Shown: in pieces, positions 36,744 to 40,797 of the stretch
Position numbering within the stretch: the stretch's first letter is position 1
Layout of the letters: every line of letters begins with the position of its first letter
IMG/VR virus record: IMGVR_UViG_3300044723_002808
Location: 1-40,797 of that record
Length of the DNA stretch: 40,797 nt
Strand: one strand, 5' to 3'
From: a virus
Taxonomy: Duplodnaviria > Caudoviricetes
Made by a program: the position numbers and the translations under genes
Notes under the pieces: generated by a model
What the model was told of the DNA's origin: nothing
Database searches by the model: none
The model's input: only the letters and a program-made list of their open reading frames with translations

Positions 36744-39063
36744 CTACTTTATCCATCATTTTTTTGGTTACTTCAACAAGTTTAGATTTCCACTTATCTC
36801 CGTATCTACCCTTATATTTATCTATTGTTTCATCTTGAACTGCCCATTCTTTGACATCATCAGCAGTAATTCTGTTTTCTGGTGTTCTTTTCTTTGAATC
36901 CACTGGTTTTTCACTTGCATTTTCGCCTGGTGTTATGTCTTTTGTATGATTAGCATAGTCTTGACCGACTTCATAAGATTCTGGTACATAACCCTCTACT
37001 TTTTTTGCATCTTCAATTGACATACTCTCTGGTACACAATTAGGCACCATCTTTCCATTCTTCTTTTTCATACCTACTGCTTTATATCCATCCCAACACG
37101 CCTCTTTTTGTGTCATTTCACCATACATTTGTTTGTATTTTTTTGTATGAATACTAGGTTTTGTCTTTGCATCCTTATCACCTGGAGCAGGTTTATAAGG
37201 ACCTTTTGTAGTATCTTGTTTAGCAAAGTGATCTGCTCTTTTGCTTTTTACATCTTTTGATAAACTTTTATAATACTTTTTAGGTTGCGTTCCTTTTTTC
37301 TTCTTTACATCTTTGTCTTGTGGTTGTGCATCTAAATCTTCTTTCATATCTTCCTCTCTCACAGTTTTGAAACCGTAGTCTACATTTAAGTTATGTTCTC
37401 TTACTTCTATTTCTCTATCTGGTGGCACTGGTATACAATCCCATATCCACGATTTATGTAAGTTGTTATTATCATCTTCTAATACAACGTAATTTGTTCC
37501 TCTTCTTGTAACAGTTCCTTTAACATTTAAGTGTACATTTTCTACAATATCACCAACGTTAAATAGCATTTCTCTAATATACATATCTCTTATTTGATTT
37601 TGCTCAAACTGTTCTAAACTTGCTATTGGTCTATAATTCATATGACCCATACCTGTTGTGTAAGATGCGGCGAGGTTCATACCTTTTCTTACATCTTTAA
37701 ATAGTTTATCTACACCTCTAAAATTGGGTAATCCCTTTTCAAATGTTTTAAGATCGTTTGCTTGTGCCGCCGCCCTCATTTTACTTGCTGACATACCAGT
37801 GGCACCTTCTGCATCTGGATCTCTTTCACCTGCTGAAATAACTTCTATATTATCAAAGTTATAATATCCGTGTCTACTTTTAACGTCATTGTATTTTGTT
37901 ATTAATGTTTTAAATTCATTTACTCTATCACTACCAACAACCATTTTTAAATCTGTAAAACCTTCTTTATATAAATCAGTGATAATGTCTATGACAATAT
38001 TTGTTCTTGGTATAAAAATATTTCTTGCATATCTAGGAAATATCTTTTTCATATAATCTAATTTTTGTCTAGGATTTAATGGGTTCTTTTTAGGGTCATT
38101 ACTTTTGCTAATGTAAACTCTCATCTCATTAGCACGAACTCTTGCTAATCTATCAATTAATTTTTCGTGACCTATGGTAGGTGGATTAAATCTACCAAAT
38201 GTAAATACAACAGAACCTTTTTTTGCCTCTGTCATACTTTTAATTTCATCATCAGTTACTTTACCATCTTCTAATACTTCTTTACATTTTTTATAGAGTT
38301 TACTGTAATGATATTTTTCTAACATTTTGTATATGACATTTTTAGGCAATTTGTTTTTAATACCAAATTTTCTTATCTCTTCTGGTGTCATAGGATTAGC
38401 AAAGGCACTTTGTCTTTGTTTTAAAAGTTCATCACCAATGTCTATTAACACTTTAATACTTTCTTCTATTTCTTTTATTTTATCACTCACCAACTTCTGT
38501 ATACCATCAACATCATCTTTTGTCAACTGTTTTAATTCTTTATAGTCAATAATATCTCTAACAAGTTCACCTTTAATGACATCTATTTCTTCTACTTTTT
38601 TTCTAAAGTCAGATTCATATTGTTTAGGATCGAATGTAATTGCATCAGGTTTTCTTAAAAATTTATTGTTTTCTACATCAAACACTCCATCTGCCTCTTT
38701 ATCTGCCTTTTCTTTTACTTTTGGGTCAGTGATCACATAATAGTTTATTGGGTGCTTTGTACCTGGTATTAATTTGCCATTGATACTTCTTAATTGTGAT
38801 GCTAATTGTTGACGCATTGTTTCTCTGTAACTAGGTTCTACATCAAATAACACATTTATATCTAAGTCTGCATCTTCTCTATATCTTTTTGTAAGTATAG
38901 AACCTATTAAACTATACTTTGATACAGGTGCTTTACTCTCAAACTTTTTAATTTGAGATTTAATCATAGCAACAACACCGGGTTTTAATTTAGGGTTGTC
39001 TGTGTCAGCATCATTAAAGACACCTTTAGCATATGTTTTTCTAGGTATATCTATTATACTCAT
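36730..39063 (-). CDS. Fusion: Pol-beta-type nucleotidyltransferase + HIGH-type cytidylyl/adenylyltransferase + basic modules
   Basis: IGS-x10-DLD; FGRFNPPTIGH, VGSDRV, SASKMR; C-terminal KTKPS.HT and CWDGY...VPNCVP modules. Confidence 0.8.
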   Translation of the reverse strand: MSIIDIPRKTYAKGVFNDADTDNPKLKPGVVAMIKSQIKKFESKAPVSKYSLIGSILTKRYREDADLDINVLFDVEPSYRETMRQQLASQLRSINGKLIPGTKHPINYYVITDPKVKEKADKEADGVFDVENNKFLRKPDAITFDPKQYESDFRKKVEEIDVIKGELVRDIIDYKELKQLTKDDVDGIQKLVSDKIKEIEESIKVLIDIGDELLKQRQSAFANPMTPEEIRKFGIKNKLPKNVIYKMLEKYHYSKLYKKCKEVLEDGKVTDDEIKSMTEAKKGSVVFTFGRFNPPTIGHEKLIDRLARVRANEMRVYISKSNDPKKNPLNPRQKLDYMKKIFPRYARNIFIPRTNIVIDIITDLYKEGFTDLKMVVGSDRVNEFKTLITKYNDVKSRHGYYNFDNIEVISAGERDPDAEGATGMSASKMRAAAQANDLKTFEKGLPNFRGVDKLFKDVRKGMNLAASYTTGMGHMNYRPIASLEQFEQNQIRDMYIREMLFNVGDIVENVHLNVKGTVTRRGTNYVVLEDDNNNLHKSWIWDCIPVPPDREIEVREHNLNVDYGFKTVREEDMKEDLDAQPQDKDVKKKKGTQPKKYYKSLSKDVKSKRADHFAKQDTTKGPYKPAPGDKDAKTKPSIHTKKYKQMYGEMTQKEACWDGYKAVGMKKKNGKMVPNCVPESMSIEDAKKVEGYVPESYEVGQDYANHTKDITPGENASEKPVDSKKRTPENRITADDVKEWAVQDETIDKYKGRYGDKWKSKLVEVTKKMMDKVDEKF

Positions 39064-39755
39064 TTTCTTCTCTTTAATTGTAACTCTCTAGCAATCCATT
39101 TTTTCGCAACATAGTTTTTTATAGGTGCCCTCATAAGTTGACTTACAAATCTAGAAACTTTATTCATAGTTACAGTTACTAATTCTTTTGCTGATACACT
39201 ATTATCAACTATGATAAAATTACTAGCACCAAATAGATTTTGAAATGCTCCTATATTTCTTTGACAATCGTTCCAAGAATTTGTTGTAATATATTCAGGT
39301 ACAGTTCTCTCTCTTTTAGCATTTCTTTCAAGTGCTACATCTAAACTTGTATTTACAAACACCATATAACAATCATAACCAAGAACAGAAAATAGATTTT
39401 TCATTTTTGAAATCTTTTTGTAGTCATCACCTGTACCATCTATAATAATACCTAATCTACCAGTCAAGGACAAATGCAACATTTTTTGTGTGGTTGCTTT
39501 TGCTCTTGCTCTTACCATATCTCTTGTATCTGCCTCACTTTCTGGCATTTTTTTAGATAGATTAAATTTTTCTAATTGTCTTTCAAATGCTTTATCAGAA
39601 TTTATTACTCTAAGTCCTGTACCAGCAAATGCTTGTGAAGTAACAAATGTTTTACCTGAACCCGGACCACCCGCTAAAAAGAAACATTTAAAAATGCCAT
39701 TATCATAAACACCTTCGTGTAAATTAATTTCTTTTATTAACTCTTTAAATTTCAT
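39060..39755 (-). CDS. P-loop kinase (zeta-toxin/PNK-like AAA_33)
   Basis: FLAGGPGSGKT, INSD, IIIDGT, ALERN..R.R.VP lid. Confidence 0.88.
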   Translation of the reverse strand: MKFKELIKEINLHEGVYDNGIFKCFFLAGGPGSGKTFVTSQAFAGTGLRVINSDKAFERQLEKFNLSKKMPESEADTRDMVRARAKATTQKMLHLSLTGRLGIIIDGTGDDYKKISKMKNLFSVLGYDCYMVFVNTSLDVALERNAKRERTVPEYITTNSWNDCQRNIGAFQNLFGASNFIIVDNSVSAKELVTVTMNKVSRFVSQLMRAPIKNYVAKKWIARELQLKRRK

Positions 39756-40030
39756 TAGCGTGGACTCCCTACCGCTGAACCAACGGCATTACCAGTAGTT
39801 TCTAATGTTTGTGTTGGTTTCTTCTCAATAACAACACTATCTCCGGCATCGTGGAGAATTAAACTTCCCACTGTCGAACCATCAGATTCTTTTAATGTTA
39901 TAGTATTGTTTGCCGCCGTTGTTTGAATTCTTACAAAATGTGCCCTATTAAAATTAGTTGCACTAATTGTACCATTACTTGTTGAAGTGCCTTTAATAAT
40001 AAGACTACCTTGATATCCTCCTGCCGCCAT
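39755..40030 (-). CDS. Small beta-rich hypothetical (possibly structural)
   Basis: 91 aa Thr/Ser/Gly-rich, IEKKPT motif. Confidence 0.65.
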   Translation of the reverse strand: MAAGGYQGSLIIKGTSTSNGTISATNFNRAHFVRIQTTAANNTITLKESDGSTVGSLILHDAGDSVVIEKKPTQTLETTGNAVGSAVGSPR

Positions 40031-40033
40031 ATT

Positions 40034-40797
40034 TTACCCCCTTACCCAATCTTTTGCTATTGTGAAGTTTGCTTTACTAAATTCTAATCTGTCTACTAAC
40101 TTAACTGCACCTTTACTAGACAGTGCTACAAAACCTTCTGGTGCAGTGACTTTAAAACCATTTGGTGTTCTAATAAAAGAACCAATGCTTTGTATTTGAT
40201 TCATCTTTTGTAATAAAAATATTTTTGCTCTTTGTAAACTTATATGACTTGCTATTGCAAAATAAATTGCTTGTTCGTTTTTCTTTATAAAATCTCTACC
40301 ACCTACTAATGCTTGTTTAAATTTTTCTTGACCTGCTGGAGTTTTTCTTTTATCAACTTCACCTTGTAATGAATTTTCAAAGTATTCTTTAAACATTGAT
40401 ACTAATGTTTTAACTTTGTCGTAACTATCACCTTTGTGATTTCTAATGTAGTAATTAAAAAATACTTTTAATCTATATGCAACAGACAATGGGTCTGATG
40501 CTCTTTGTTGTAACATATTTAAAACAGAACTACCTTTTGATAATGAACCCTCTGCCATTCTAATGATGTTATCAAATGTAACTAATTGACTATTGCTAAA
40601 GTTTGATGAACCTGATGTATCAGTAAACTTTGCACTTGCCATAAAAACTCTACCTGTGCTACCTGATTGCGAATAACCAAAGTTAGCAGATAACTCTGAC
40701 ATTTTTTTACCTGTGTAACTAGTATGAAATACAATACCTAAACTTGACCTAGAAATTTGTTTACCTAATTTAGAATCTTCTGGTACTGCATAAGTGA
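40034..40797 (-). CDS. Conserved T4-like protein (DUF6267-like, ligase-superfamily motifs), 5' partial
   Basis: Frame stays open to the window edge (TYAVPEDSKLG...GIVFHTSYTG); C-terminal PEGFVA...VKLVDRLEFS.ANF. Confidence 0.75.
   Translation of the reverse strand, partial: TYAVPEDSKLGKQISRSSLGIVFHTSYTGKKMSELSANFGYSQSGSTGRVFMASAKFTDTSGSSNFSNSQLVTFDNIIRMAEGSLSKGSSVLNMLQQRASDPLSVAYRLKVFFNYYIRNHKGDSYDKVKTLVSMFKEYFENSLQGEVDKRKTPAGQEKFKQALVGGRDFIKKNEQAIYFAIASHISLQRAKIFLLQKMNQIQSIGSFIRTPNGFKVTAPEGFVALSSKGAVKLVDRLEFSKANFTIAKDWVRG

Noticed and set aside
2554-39708. All plus-strand ORFs in the track (e.g. 33945-34547, 20612-20932, 23770-24093)
   Set aside because: Antisense shadows of well-supported minus-strand genes; no SD and no recognisable motifs
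1-40797. Stop-codon reassignment
   Set aside because: Genes ending in TAA, TAG and TGA all tile tightly, and conserved proteins are full length under code 11

Overview
AT-rich segment of a T4-like (Tevenvirinae/cyanomyophage-like) phage genome, probably infecting a marine alphaproteobacterium (host is inference). All credible genes are on the minus strand and densely packed. In transcription order (right to left): (i) ~27.5-40.8 kb late cluster of conserved T4-like hypothetical and putative internal head proteins, many starting with a T4 capsid-targeting-like MK(T/S)FKE motif and carrying enzymatic domains (ligase-like, P-loop kinase, Pol-beta NTase fused to a HIGH-type nucleotidyltransferase, HAD phosphatase, PD-(D/E)xK nuclease, possible ADP-ribosyltransferase), plus an unannotated 24-codon pqqA (PQQ precursor peptide) behind T4 late promoters; (ii) holin-like gene, primase gp61, nrdA/nrdB, RuvC-like nuclease; (iii) ~11.5 kb sugar biosynthesis/glycosylation island; (iv) early-type region of small genes with repeated sigma70 promoters that carry a TGATTCG (GcrA/CcrM-type) motif, lipoproteins, glutaredoxin, GH73 glucosaminidase and a DenV-like glycosylase. 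Codon choice shows striking avoidance of GCWGC, RGCY and GAAGC. No tRNA, rRNA or CRISPR seen. All calls are by-eye motif recognition, with no database searches.
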